Source: Lepidodermella squamata
Lineage: Eukaryota; Animalia; Gastrotricha
Length of the DNA stretch: 64,000 nucleotides
Reading direction: 5' to 3'
Assembly: GCA_047495785.1 (NCBI GenBank)
Contig: JBLDXI010000003.1
Span: forward strand, 1,984,001-2,048,000
Shown here: piece by piece, positions 1 to 13,300 of the stretch
How the letters are laid out: each line of letters opens with the position of its first letter
Position numbering within the stretch: position 1 is the stretch's first letter
Position numbers and translations under genes: made by a program
The notes under the pieces: generated by a model
The model's database searches: none
What the model saw: only the letters and a program-made list of their open reading frames with translations
Told to the model about the DNA's origin: nothing

Positions 1-2400
1 GCGCGAGTGGGGGTCACATCGAAGTTTTAAATTATCTCCTGAAGAAGGAACACAATTCTGACGAATTAATAAGCGACAGGAATTTCCTACTCGACTTGAT
101 GATTTGCGGAAAGACTAACAGCAACGAGTCTATCGATAACTTTGTTATGCATTCGGAGGCTCCATTATACACGTCGACTAAACTTTCGCGGGCTTATCGA
201 GAGCTTGCTTCAAAGGAGAAAGAACGAGCGAATGACTTGAATGAAGCTGGTCGGCATTGTGAGAACATGGCGACTGTATTGTTGGGAATCGCCTCTACCA
301 TAGCGCCGCCCTCTGCGATATTACGAGCTGTTGATCCAAAAGGGAAGCCACTGCTCGACGTTCTGTTGGAGAACAACATGAAAAAAGTTGTGGAACATGC
401 AGCTGTTCAACGTTACTTGAGCGATATTTGGGCGGGTTCGTTGTCCTCGTGGTCAACTGGCCGGCTTTTCTTACTGTTTCTTGGTTTCTTATTCTTCCCA
501 CCATTTATGTGTTACTACTGTCTTCCGTTCAAGCACCATTCCCATCATCAGATTCCTGTTGTGAAATTCATAGCCATGGTCACTTCACATCTTTATTTAA
601 TCTTATTACTGTCTCTTATCGCTGGAATTCCTATTGACCCAATCGTTTATCGAAAGGATTTTTACCCGAACTGGCATGAATTAGTGTGCCTTGCAATGGT
701 ATCGGGCATGATAGTCTCGGAGTTGACCAGATCTGGCATGTCTTCTGGGTTAGGAATGCTCCGCTACCTCATAATCTTATTCTCGCTGTTGGCTTCGTTG
801 TTGCAGATCGCTGCTATAGTCGCCGTGTAAGTTTTTAAATTTCTAAGCTCGATTCTAATGGCTTACTATCCTTTTTCAGAGCTCACGATGCAAGACACGA
901 AGCTTTGATACTGATGTATCTGCGCAACTTAATGCTTTCTTTTGCATTATTGTCTGCGATTATTCTTATTGTTGGTAAGTTGATGGCCTCATAATTTCAC
1001 CTGCAGATCATTGTCGATTTTTTTCAGATTTTTTCCTTATACATCATTTGTTTGGACCATTCGGAATCATCATTCGAAGTGTTATGAGAGATCTTGCGAC
1101 ATTCATCGTTGTTCTGTTCCTTTTTCTTATCGCCTTCACATTTCTGGTCTGCTGCCTGTATACACCGATCAAAAAAGACCTTAGCAATTCACCTGGAAAT
1201 GGGACTATCAGGAACTTGACCAATCAGACTGTTGAGACCACGGTAGCTCAGGATTTTCAAGGCGAGCATTTCCTAGTGGACTCAAGTGCGCAATCAAGTG
1301 GGCATGGAGATCCTGATTTAATCACGCAAAATTCCGAAAAGAGCAAAACTAATGAAAATCATGGAGGAAAACCCAAACAAAAGCGATCAGCCGACAACGA
1401 GAGACCTGCCTGTAAGCCGAAAACGGAGAAAGCCGGAGAAGAAAGTAAGGCTAAGGAGTCTAAATCTAAAAAGTCGAGGCGCAAGAAGCGTTCGGCAGAT
1501 CAAGAAGCGGATCCTTCGCCTAATTACGATGAAAGTTACCGGCTGGTAAAAGATGACAGCGATTATAAGATCGTCAATAATTTGCAAGTTCAAGCAACAT
1601 TATAGCGGTGAATTAATGGTTTGTTAATTTTCTAGGAACTACTCAACTCTGATGCTGCTGTTTGAAACGTTCTACTTCTCAATGTTTGCCATGATACCGC
1701 CGGAAATGCTGCCACGTGTGAAGAACGGACCAGAATGGAGCGAAGTGCTTGTTCAATTGTGATTTTCTTCATCTTTCATCGTTCAGATTTCGCATTCGTG
1801 GCTTTTTCAGGTATTTCGCTTGTTGGATGCTGGCAGCTGTTGTCATCCTAATCCCTCTTCTCATTGCCATGCTATCGGAGACATACAAGCGTATCAATCA
1901 AAGATCGGATGCTGAATGGAAATTTGGCAGGGCGAAATTGATCAGAGATATGATAAAGCAGCCGGCAGCTCCTACACCCCTCAACCTATTCGTTAGGCCC
2001 TATTTTTACCTTATGTCCGTAAAACGCCACGGAAGTAGGCCAAATATTTCTAACATGTAGGAATTGTTCAAATCAGACATGTTTAGGGTGGATGTGTACT
2101 TCTTATGCGAGTTATTTTGCTGACGAAGACGAGCACGAGGGCGCAGATGAATTCTTGGACGATGTTGTCCACGCAGCGAAAGTCGCCCTGTCAGGCAGCG
2201 GTAAAAAAGTCACACGCCAGAGGTCTTCGCCAGGTCCTGAGCGCATTGAATCCGTCTTAGATTGGTCCATCGTAGTTCGGCGATACAAATCAGGCTCGAC
2301 TGATGATATAGTCGAAGAAACTACGGAAACTGCAGCCGGAGAAGGTGTGGCCATTAATCCGACGAGCGATGCAGAAGCAGAAGAGGAGAACAAAATGTGA
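1..2400 (+). CDS. nompC: TRPN/NompC-like channel paralog 1 (3' part only; 5' end lies outside the window)
   Basis: Inferred exons: <1-826, 880-974, 1028-1583, 1636-1758, 1811-2034, 2087-2400. The translation shows the post-ankyrin linker (LYTSTKLSRAYRELASKEKERANDL; VQRYLSDIWAG), six TM segments, TRP box EWKFGRAKLIR and PTPLNLF. It aligns colinearly with the three downstream paralogs. Confidence 0.88.
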
Positions 2401-2805
2401 CAGCGCAAATACTAGTGCTAAAACGGAAATTGAATGTCTCACGCTTTATACAAATTTATTTTGCTGTTTTTTGTATGTCCATTAATCATCGCACATTTTC
2501 CAAGTAAACAGAATGTTATTTACGGCTGATAATGGCTTTTGAATGATTTTGAAGTATCTCAATTTGGCAATAATTGGCAATCATATCCCAAAATATTTTC
2601 CAGAATTCCAGACGATTCCTCCTTAAAATTCCGAATTGACCCGAAATAGATAAAAACTCCGCCTTCCGCCATAATATGTTGCAAAACATGCAGAAATGGC
2701 ACACTAGCTGCGTCGAAAATTTTCGGCTAGGAAAAGGAACAAATAACTGGGGTATTGTAGTTTTCTATCAGCACGCGCCTCTTTTCTTAGTTGGGTTAAG
2801 TGATA

Positions 2806-3493
2806 CCGTAAACTACAGTATAAAGGCCGCATCCTGAATAAAGACCGCACCCGAATAATCGCCGCAAAATAGCCCTATTTTCATCAATTCAGCATAAATA
2901 AAGGCCGCGCGCGAATAATCGCCGCACCTAAGCACGCGATCAACAGCCACCCAGGCGAATCGCCAGATGGCACCCCCACTGCGACTCCTCACTCTCAAAA
3001 ATTTCACGCGTGACGCAATTAGGCGATTTAAATCGGTCACGCGTGAATGAGGAAGCTTTTATCACGCGTTACGGATTTTTTGTTACTATTAATAGTAACT
3101 TTTTGACCATTCACGAAAGTATATCACGCGTTATCCGATTTCTCTGAAAAATAGGAGACCACTTTTTATTGTGTCACGCGTGAATCAAGAAGGGTTTCAT
3201 CTTAGCAATTGTGTCACGCGTGAAATTTTTGACAGTGCTACCGCTACGCCGACCTACTCCCTACTCACAAGGTGACGTCGAGGAGGCGGATTATCCGAAG
3301 AGCCGCGCGTGAAATGGCGGTGCAAGCCCCTTGTTACACCTGTTACGCCTGCTACAACTAAAGTTTTGAAAAATTGAGGGAAATAAAGACCGCACTCGAA
3401 TAATCGCCGCACTCAAATAATCGCCGCACTTTTTGCCTCTTTTTCAAAAATCAGGAAAATTAGTCGCCGCGGCCTTTATACTGTAGTTTACGG
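2806..3493. mobile_element. Non-autonomous Tc2/pogo-like MITE
   Basis: Terminal inverted repeats CCGTAAACTACAGTATAAAGGCCGC / GCGGCCTTTATACTGTAGTTTACGG, TA on both flanks (2804-2805, 3494-3495), subterminal (AATAATCGCCGCA)-type repeats, no coding capacity. Confidence 0.85.
2990..3237. mobile_element. CAC...GTG-ended MITE nested in the Tc2-like MITE (CMC/CACTA-like)
   Basis: TIR CACTCTCAAAAATTTCACGCGTGAC / GTCACGCGTGAAATTTTTGACAGTG, CT dinucleotide on both flanks (possible 2-bp TSD), repeated internal TCACGCGT motifs. Confidence 0.65.
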
Positions 3494-3534
3494 TATTTGT
3501 TTTTCGCAGCTTTAAATAATAATGACAACTGTAA

Positions 3535-3910
3535 CTCAAGGAAAAATAGCAACTCATCAACGGTCAGGAATATCATCTGGAAACAAATAAGATATTCAGA
3601 ATCGGCGCAGAGCGTTAGGCTGGTTACCTTCTTAATTGCGCACACAATCACTAGTACCTAAGTAAAATATGGGTATGCGGTCGGGTACCAGCAAATGAAC
3701 GAATGCGCGCAAGCTCGCTAGTTTGGCCGTGCGCGTCAACGTGTGCACGCGCGCCTGCTATGTTACGCATTTCAATGAAACTTAGCGCATTTAGTTCTTC
3801 ATCAATTTGGAAGGTAACTGCGCGCAAATTCCATCAAATTTCCAACCTAACTTAAGCGCTGATTCTGAAAATCTAATTTGTTTTCCATTATTTTTGACCG
3901 TTTGGAAAAT
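3535..3910. mobile_element. Foldback/MITE, same family as 16600-17048
   Basis: Imperfect long inverted ends (AAACAAATAAGATATTCAGAATCGGCGC / GCGCTGATTCTGAAAATCTAATTTGTTTT). Both the ends and an internal segment (GGAAGGTAACTGCGCGC) match the 16600-17048 copy in opposite orientation. Boundaries are approximate. Confidence 0.6.
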
Positions 3911-4301
3911 TAGCATTGCGCGAGCGAACGTAGCACATAAAATAAGCGTTTTAGGACATTTTACATTTCAAATTTCGCAGGAAATCATTCATGTTTTGCA
4001 GCTCTGTGCCTATATTTAAATTCGCACATTCAATTTCTTGTTTTCCAGTATTTAGGCTTCGCAGAAAATTCAACCGATAAAAAGGAAGTCTCAAATTATT
4101 GCTTTGACCTACTTGTGCACGCACTGGTGACCTGCTTTAAATGACTAGCCGACCCACATTTCCATTAGCGCGCGGTATTTTATTACCCAAAACTACCTGC
4201 TTGCGATAATGACTGTTTGCTTCATTTCGGAAACGATTTGAAGCACCCCATCAATAAGGACTGTCGATTTTTATGTGTTTTAGTCTTTTAGATATTTTGA
4301 C

Positions 4302-7300
4302 ATGAGTGCAGTTCCTACTTTCAACTCCCTGGTTTTCCTCGGTCGTTTGAGAAGATCAATCGCAAGAAATCAAGCCGCTGACTCGTTAGAAGTCCCCCGA
4401 ATCGAAGAGCCCCGCCGCTCTATCTCAGGCGTTGTCCATTTCGCCTTCGACGTCGATGAACTCTCTGAAAAAAGCGAACCGGCAGAGAATGACGGGAGAA
4501 ACGACGCCAGTGATTACGAACCATCCACGCCATCGATGGGCGACAGCTCAGACATGGGCAGCGAAAACGCGGACGACGGGTCAGTTGACGGTGACCTGGA
4601 CGACGCGATACTCAAATCAGCCACATACCGCAGCATGGATCTGCTCCATTTCAACCGAAATAAAGACCTGTACTGCCTTGTGCAGAAGGCGAAAAGGAAG
4701 CAATGGACAGATGTTGAAGATCTGCTGCTAAGAAAACTTAAGCGGAAGGATAAAAGCCTCAATGCCGCTCATCCTAAAACTGGAGAGACAACGCTAATGT
4801 TAGCGTGTAAACACGAGCGATTTTTAGTCGTTCGTTTGCTATGTTCGCTCGGCGCTGCGGTAAATGTGAGGTCAAATGACAGAAAAACAGCCCTTCATTA
4901 CGCCGCGGAATTTTCACATGAACAGGTCATTCGCGAGTTGTTGAACAACGGCGCTGATCCTAATTTATTCGGCGGCGAAGATATTCAGTTACCGCTTCAT
5001 ATCGCCTCGGCTCGGAAGACAGGCGGTTTAGTATCGGCCTTGGCGTTATTAAGGGCGAGTTTAAAATCTGTCCTGCTACTCAAGGACGCGCTGGGTAATC
5101 TGCCGATAACTTACGCGGTTCAAGTTGGGAATACGAATTTAATTCGTGAGATGTTGCATGACTGGCAGGCGGAGCAAACGCAATGGCAGGCGGATACGCG
5201 GGAGGGCGATTACCTTGTCCACATTGCGGCTCGTATTCAGAACGTTGATGTTATGTCGGTGTTGGGCTTTGACGGCGGTGCGGATGTGAATGTGAGGAAT
5301 AAGGACGGCCAGACGCCGTTGCATATTGCGACGAAATTGGGCGATTTGGCGATGGTTAAACTGCTGCAGTCGCTCAAAGCTAGTCCTGATATCATTGATC
5401 GGAAGGATCGCGCACCTGTAAGTTCGATAAATTGCACTTTTGTCTTGAATAAAACTTTGCAGAAATTGGCTCATTAGCCTCTGAAATGATAAATTAAAAA
5501 ATAAAAATAGAAAATTTGAGCATGAACAATTTGGTGACCACGAAGAAACGAACCCGAGGCGCCTGCAAACGCTTCGAGTAATAAAATCAGCGAAAATAGC
5601 TATTTGAGCGTTGACAATTGAAAGGAGTTTGCTTATTTTCTGTAATTTCCAGCAAATTGCAAAAAAACCCATTAGAGCCCAACGGCATCTTTTCCTGCCA
5701 CCCTATATTTAAAAAATCCTGTAGGGTGACTACAACCCCCGGGTGTCTAAAAGCATATCTCCGCACTGGGAAATCGTATAAATTCGGGGAAAACGGATAA
5801 ATGACCAGTGTCTCGTAGACTTGGTGATGAGCTAGGAGCCGTTTTTTGGGACTGTCGCTAAGCTGCACGAAAGTGTCATCAAAATCGATTTTGCACGAAG
5901 TATCACCTATTACCCAACTGAATGCATTTCTAGATAGATCTCATCACGCTGATGAACTTTTTCTTTGAGAGCGGCTTCCTAGCTATCACCGTTCTTGAGA
6001 TAATCGTCCAGGTGTGACAAAAGGTAAGGTCACGTGACAACTTGACACTGAAATATCTCAATAACGGTAGATGATAAAATTATGCGGTTTTCAGAATCTG
6101 AATCCCCGAATTTTTCTCTATCGGAAAAGCACGTGTCAATAGGGAAAGAAAAATTAAAAACTGATGAGCAAGATTCTCAAAGCTGAAAAATTAGAGATTC
6201 GTGTGGTTGTAGGCGATTGATATCAGAGTTTTGCCAGTGCGCAATTAGGCCCGAATCAGGCTCGTCATTGGATCCGAAATCCAAAAGGATTCGGTCTAAC
6301 TAAGGAAAGTACCGATTATTACCGAACCAGGTATCATCGGGTTTCAATTCTTCGTGGTTGAATGATGGTAGAAAGTCTTGTTTAATTTGATTTTTGAAAA
6401 ATAAGTTCAGATTTAATTATTTTGAATTTTAACTGAAAATTATCAATTTTAATTGAAAATTTTGAATTTCAATAAATGATTGAAATTTTTTTAAAATTTG
6501 ACCAAAAATCGCTGAGACACGCGACTTTATATATTTTATATCGATGATGGAAAATGAAATGTGTAGTTTCCTTCCCTTCTCACTTTGTTTTCGCTTGTAA
6601 TGAAGCCAATTTTTCGTTTTTATAGCTGCACATTGCCGCTGAGTATGGATATACAAAAATCGTCGATTTCCTAATAAATCGCTACAAGGCCGAAATTACG
6701 CTTCGCAACAAAGACGGCTCCACCTTAATGCACCTGGCGGCTGATCGCGGCTTCGCAGACACCGTTCGGCTTTTCATTAACCTCGGCCTACCCGTTAATA
6801 TGCCCAACAAAGCCGGGACTCTCTGCATCCACGCCGCCGCGAAAAACGGCCATCTAGCCGTTCTTCACGTTCTAGTCGATCGAGGCTCGAGCATCGACGC
6901 CCGAAATCGCGAGGGCTACACCGCTCTGCATTTAGCCGTGATTGAAAACCAGCCTGAAATGATTCAAGCCCTGCTAGGCTATGGGGCTAAGGTCGATTTA
7001 AGGGGCGGGCCGTTGAAAGAAGCACCTCTCCATATCGCCGCCCGAATGCCAAATGGCTTCAATTGTGCGGAGATGTTGATAAAAAGTGGGGCAAATGTGA
7101 ATAATGCGACCGAGGAGAACGGCGAAACGCCGCTGCATATCGCGGCTCGGGCTGGTTCTGTCGATTTGTTGGTGATGTTGCTCGAGGAAGGCGCTGATGC
7201 TATGAAGACGAATAAATACGGCGAGACACCCTTGCATTACGCTGTTCGGCATTGCCATTTCGATATTGTCAAAGGTAAAACCATTTTTTAATATATTTTT

Positions 7301-10300
7301 TTAGTTTTTTGTAATGTCCGCAAACTTTGACAAATTTTATGCCTAAATTTTTGAATTAATTCGATTATTTATTCCATTATTAAAATTGAAATTTTAAAAT
7401 TTGGAAGTTTTAAAATAACCCTTCATACCTATTTTTGTAAAAAAATTTGTAAAAACCGTTAACAAGTGAAAAGTCAGGTTTGGCGAAATTTTGGACATCG
7501 TGAGATTTTGATGCCACTTTGACGAGGAGTCAAAAGATATAAAAAGAAGTTGGTAGCCATCAGGGTTAGAGAGAAATCGGGCTTCAAATTTTACGGCCGA
7601 AAAATTTTAATTTTGAAAATTGGCGCTTGAAAAATTACTTTTTATCGCATCTATGAATCATCCACGACATGAATTCTGATTCACAGTTTCTTATTCACAG
7701 TCGACATTTTATATAGCCATCTGAGGTTAGGAATTTCGCTGAATATTCGAAAGGTTTTGTGGAATCAAGCTAGTGGTTCCACATCAACCTGGATCGATAG
7801 GACTTGAAATCTCCTGTGTTTTAAGGAGGATGGTAGCATCCTCAACGTCTGAAATTTGAAAAGTTGATATCCTGAAGATAAACTGAATGAGGACATCTTG
7901 GAATCCGAGAGTCGTCCTTCTTCAAGTCATCACACTTTTTGCGATTTGCTGGAAAATACAGAATATTCGCCAATCCCCACTTTTCACTTGTTAACGGTCA
8001 AATTTTTTTATTTAGAAAACGATTATTTGAGTTCGGGAATAAGGGTTAGGATTGGGGTTCAGGGTTCGGGTTTAATTTAGGGTTTTAGGCCGATTTTCGG
8101 GTTTTAACAAAGTTCGATAGCCCTGGTAATTAGTCCTAAATGCCTTCCGCGATTTTCTCGATGAGACACTTGATCAATTATTGTAATCTGGGCCGGGCTG
8201 GAAGTATGCAAGAGATATGCTGCAGACTCGAAGTTACAATAAAATTGAGGATACGGGTCTTGTTAGGATCATTTTAGTGACAAGGATAAGGATATATCTT
8301 GGGATTGGATCCCTTCGCGGTTTTGTTGTAGAAAAATTTCTTTTTGATGTGCCGTGATGCTTGGCCACATTCGGAGAGGACGCAATAGATAAAGAATATA
8401 TTTCCGTTTTGCCTACGAAAATTTCCCTTCCAATTGGATTTGCGGGAAGCTTTGAAAACATTGGTTCACCATATTTTTCATATGGGGCCGAGAAAACAAT
8501 GGCAATAAGATCTGTAACTACCTCAGGAGACTTATTTTGATAGCAATGGCATGCTACTCCGTACCTCCCGTCGCAAGTCGTGTAACTACAAGATTCCGAT
8601 GCATACATCACTCGTACCACGTTCGACATTAGTTTTGTTTGAGAAGAAAGGAAAAACTGGGCGAAACGGAAAAGATCAGAAAACAATCGAAACCAGTCAG
8701 TCGTGAGTTGTTCGCTGGGCAGGAACCGCTGTCCACCTTCATTTTCTTGTTTGGTAATTCCAGCATCAGTGATTCGCGTTTGTCTGCCAGTTCTTTAGCT
8801 CATGCTTGTTGTTTGGGTATGCTGCTCGTTCTTCGAAGTGTGCCACCATTTTGTTGACTCGAATGCAAGTCAAGTCACATTTTGTGCAAGTGACGTTATT
8901 CCCAAGGCCGTATTTGATGAAAAACAGTTTCTTTTTCCATAGCACATCTTTTTCGGCCAGTTCCAAGCTTGAGTTCGACTCGGGTTCGTTTTTTTCCACT
9001 GCAGACTTTTTGAGCTCAATGGGTTGCTTTGGGACTGTGAGACGGTCGAACTAACAGTGGCTGGGTGTTTCCTTATCGGGGTCTTAGAAGAATTGGATGT
9101 GTCGTCCTCTGATTCTTCCGTCGTAAAACTTGGCCGAGTTGATAGATTTAATATGGTCATCTAGTTTCTTTGGTTTAGCTGTGGCTTCTGGTACTGTGAA
9201 CCCGTAATCATAAAAAAACAATGACCAAACCTGTATTGGGTTCCGTTCGAATGGTTTCAAGTGGCCCATCCTCTACCGAGGGTGCATTGCAGCGTAGTTG
9301 TTAGACAGATCAATATCTGGTCGCCAAAAGTGGCTTCAGTATCGAGGGATGTGAGCTCGGAAACTGCATGGCTTAGCCCATCGTTTCTTGTCTGTTACCA
9401 GGCCAAGAGGGAAATCTTCAGCGAATGCCTCTATTTAGCTTTTTCATGAGAAGATTCTTGATTTTCCTGAAAGTCCTGGACGTGGCCATTAGTTCCGAAG
9501 AGTAGCCTCGTGATTGGATCTTGGCCGAGTTTTTTGTGGATTTAAAGCCCGGTCAGAATAGGAAGATGCTACTCTGCAATAAGACGAGATTTTTCGCTGA
9601 AAATATGTCTCGGAAGCTATTTTTTCCAAAATTTCAAGATTCACGAACTGAAATTATTTGAAATTTTTTGATTTTAGCTCTAGTCTATTCGGCTCACTCC
9701 TCAGCTATGAAAGACAAAGATGCGGCTAATTTGGTAAAATTGGCGAATAACGAGGGTGAGACAACGTTCCATCTAGCCGCCGAGCTTGGAAAATCTCAAA
9801 GCCACCTGCCTTTTGAAGAAATCGATATCGTCCGATTGCTGTTGGTTAACGGCGCCGATCCTATGGCTGTTACGAATCTCACCCACGAAACAGCTCTTCA
9901 CTACTGCGCTCGATCTGGGAATCCTGATATTTGCCAGGAGATTGTTCTACATCTGAAAGGGTCGTTTCAAACGGCTTGTAACCGCCAGGATAAGTCCGGC
10001 TGGTCGGCGCTGATGACGGCCTGTGAACAAGGCCATGCTGGTGTTGCCGAGGTCCTGCTGAAACACATCGCAAGAGCTGATGTTTTCGATGACGTAAATC
10101 TAAAAAATTACTTCCAGGCTTTTTCATGGTTTTTTTTTATTTTGAAAATTTATTTATTTATCTGATTATTTAAAAAAATCAAAAAATTCCAATTTTATTA
10201 ATCAATTAATAATTGATTAATTTTATTATAATTTTATATTATCAATTAATAAATTTTATTAATAAATTAGGAAAAAGATGCATCATAAAATTGTTCGAAA

Positions 10301-13300
10301 ACTTGAACATTTCAATTTGTTTGAATTTAATTTGAAAGTTCGACATATTTTTTTTTTCAATTTTTTGAGGTGTGACATTTTTTAATTTTTGCTATGTTTA
10401 GTTCGGAAAAGCTGCCTTACATTTGGCGGCCGAAAATGGCCACATTTCTTGCTGCGAAATTCTCCTAAAACACAAGGCGTTCGTGAATGCTAAATCGAAA
10501 CTGGGACTGACCCCTCTTCATTTCGTAAGCTGCGATGAAATACTTCACCATTATCAATTTTCGGCTTGTCTAATTTTTAAGGCGGCTAGTAGCGGATGGG
10601 CCGAACTGGCGAAATTGTTGATAAACGAGTACAACGCAACGGTCGATGCGTTTACGCTGGAAAAAAAGACGCCGCTTCATTTCGCAGCCGCAGCCGGGCG
10701 GCGAGAAGTTGTTCAGGCTTTGCTAAGGCTGGATGCTGATCCGAATGCAGAGGATACGGTATAAACATTCGGGAAAGAATTATTTTATTCTATTAAATTT
10801 AGTTTTTCAGCTTGGACAAACACCCCTTCATTTGGGTAATTTTTCATGACATTTTCCGAATTTCGATGTGGATTTTCACCGATTTTAGCTGCCGAAAATG
10901 ACCATGCCGACATTGTCAAAATCTATACGAAATTTCTCCCCGAGTTGCTAACAGTAGTCAATAAGGTTGATTTTGCTTTTTTCGATTTTGTGGAATTTTT
11001 CTACATTTTTCCGATTTTTTTTTCCAGAACGGTATGACTTGTGCGCATATCGCAGCGAAAAGCGGTGCCGCAAATGTTATCAAAGTTTTGATGGATTTCA
11101 AGCGCAGTTTTGTGACGACGACGCGAAACGACTTGAACAGCACGCTGCCGATTCATTTAGCCGTCAGTGGCGGCCACAAGGAAGTTGTTCGCGTCCTTAT
11201 TCAAGCTGGAGCCCTGGCTACGGCTGAAAATGCCGAGGGCATGACTGCCATTCATTTGGTACTAATTTTTCATAATCTGCCTCAGAATTTTGTTCAATTC
11301 TGTAGGAATCAATCAAATTTTCAATTTCGAATTTCGTTTTGGAAAAAAAATTGAAATTGAAATTTTCGGAATTTTCCATGCATTTCCAAAGTTTCCGAAT
11401 TATTTTTCAAGTTCCACCCCCATTTTAGTCATATTTAGTCAATCTATGATTTTTTGGGTCTTGAAATTATTCTTGATTCGTTTCTCTTAGGCTGCCCAAG
11501 CTGGAAATGTTGAGGTCCTGCAGTCTATTCCATCTCGAGTTTCGCTCCAATCTCACAGCAAGAAAAACGGACTGGCTGCTATTCACGTCGCCGCTTTTTA
11601 CGGAAATGCCGAGGTTATCCGGGAACTTCAGACCCGGGTCAATATCAACGCTATGAGTCACGTCGCTACCATGCCCGGAGTCATCAACGACCAACAACTA
11701 CGATCGCTTATCAGTACAGATGTAAATCAAAAATTTGGATTTGATCTGGGAAAAAGATTTTTTCTGAAAAAATTTGAAATTATCGATTCCTTGTAGTTTG
11801 AATTTTTCACCGAATTTCACAATTTTCAGAAAAATTTCAAAATAAAAAAATCAATTGAAAAAGTTCGAATTCAAGTTATTCTCAGCATTTATAATTCCGA
11901 ATTCTCAACTTCATCTTTTAATTTTTTTAATTTAGTTTGGCTTGACCCCATTGCATATGGCCTCCTATACTGGGCGTGAAAATGTCGTGAGGCTGATATT
12001 GAACGACGCCCGCGTCAATACAGAGTGCATGTCCACCCTAATGGGTCGGCTACCCATCTTCTTCGCAGCTATGAACGGCCATCCAATAATCGCTAGTCTA
12101 CTTCTATCCCGATCAAGTGACCACCTTCATGCTCGAGATTCGCAGCAGAGGACGCCGTTGCACCTAGCGGCGGAATACGGGCACCTGGAAATGGTGGCCA
12201 TGCTGATTGCCCAGGGTGCGGATATCGACGGCTGGGATGAGCAAAATTGGACTGCACTCCACTGCGCGACTAAAAGCGGCCATTTTCCTATTGTTAAGCT
12301 TCTTGTGGAATCGGGTAAAATACTTGATTTAAAATTCTAAATTGATCGGAGTTAAATTTTAAAAAATTAAATTTTTCAAATTAAATTTTATGAAAAAATT
12401 GAAAATTCAAATTTTAAAAAATTCACGTTTTTATTATTTATTTTGAATTGAAAATTTGAATTTCTTTTAAATTTAAGGAGCATCAACATTCAGTCAGACT
12501 CTCGAAGAAAAAACTCCGCTAATGCTAAGTGCGGCCGGGAATCATTTGGACATTTTCTATTTCCTTCTCGAAAAGCCTCACGATTCGAATAATCTGATGG
12601 AGAACAAAACGTTCCTCCTTGATTTGCTACTCTGCGGCAAAGCAACCGGCTATCAGTCGATTGAGGCGTTTATTTTGAACTCTGAAGCTCCGCTGTTAAC
12701 TGCCGCGACTATGGCTCATGTTTACCGAAGCATGGGCGCCCGGCATGGCGAGCGGTCGAGAGAATTTCAGCGGCTCCACAGGTATTGCGAGCGATTTGCG
12801 ACGAAACTACTCGGCATTGCGGCTGAAATAGCGCCACCGGCTATTGTAGTCCGCTCCACTGATGCCAAGGTGAGTAATTCCTATATAAAATCAATCCTGT
12901 TTATCATTTTGAAAGGTTTTGGGCATTCGCCTAGGGCGTACTTTGTCGTCGAAACGCAACATTTTTAATCGACCGAGTACAATCAATTTGGGGGTTTTAG
13001 AGATGCCGTGGTTAACATGAAAAGATTGGCCCGAACCGGCGGGGCCAAAATCCAAACGAGTCCCGGGTTAAACCGATGTTGACCTAATTAGCCGAATTTA
13101 CCTTTAGGTTACAAAGCTACAAGTCTAGAAATTTACGACGATAGTGAGTTTTGAACAGACTCGAAACAGTGGGGAAATGAATGTGAAAATGCCGTGTCTC
13201 CTTTATGATATGGAAATTTTTATAAAAATTGAGAAATAGATATTTTAGGTAGAATAGAAATAGATATTTTGAAGTATTATCTACCATGATATCGCTATGC

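Noticed and set aside
6161-6190. CTGATGAGC...GCTGAAA hammerhead-like motif
   Set aside because: Stem II is only 2 bp and mis-registered, with no stem I or III pairing.
8041-8089. TTAGGG-like run as an interstitial telomere
   Set aside because: Short and degenerate; more likely part of a transposon remnant.
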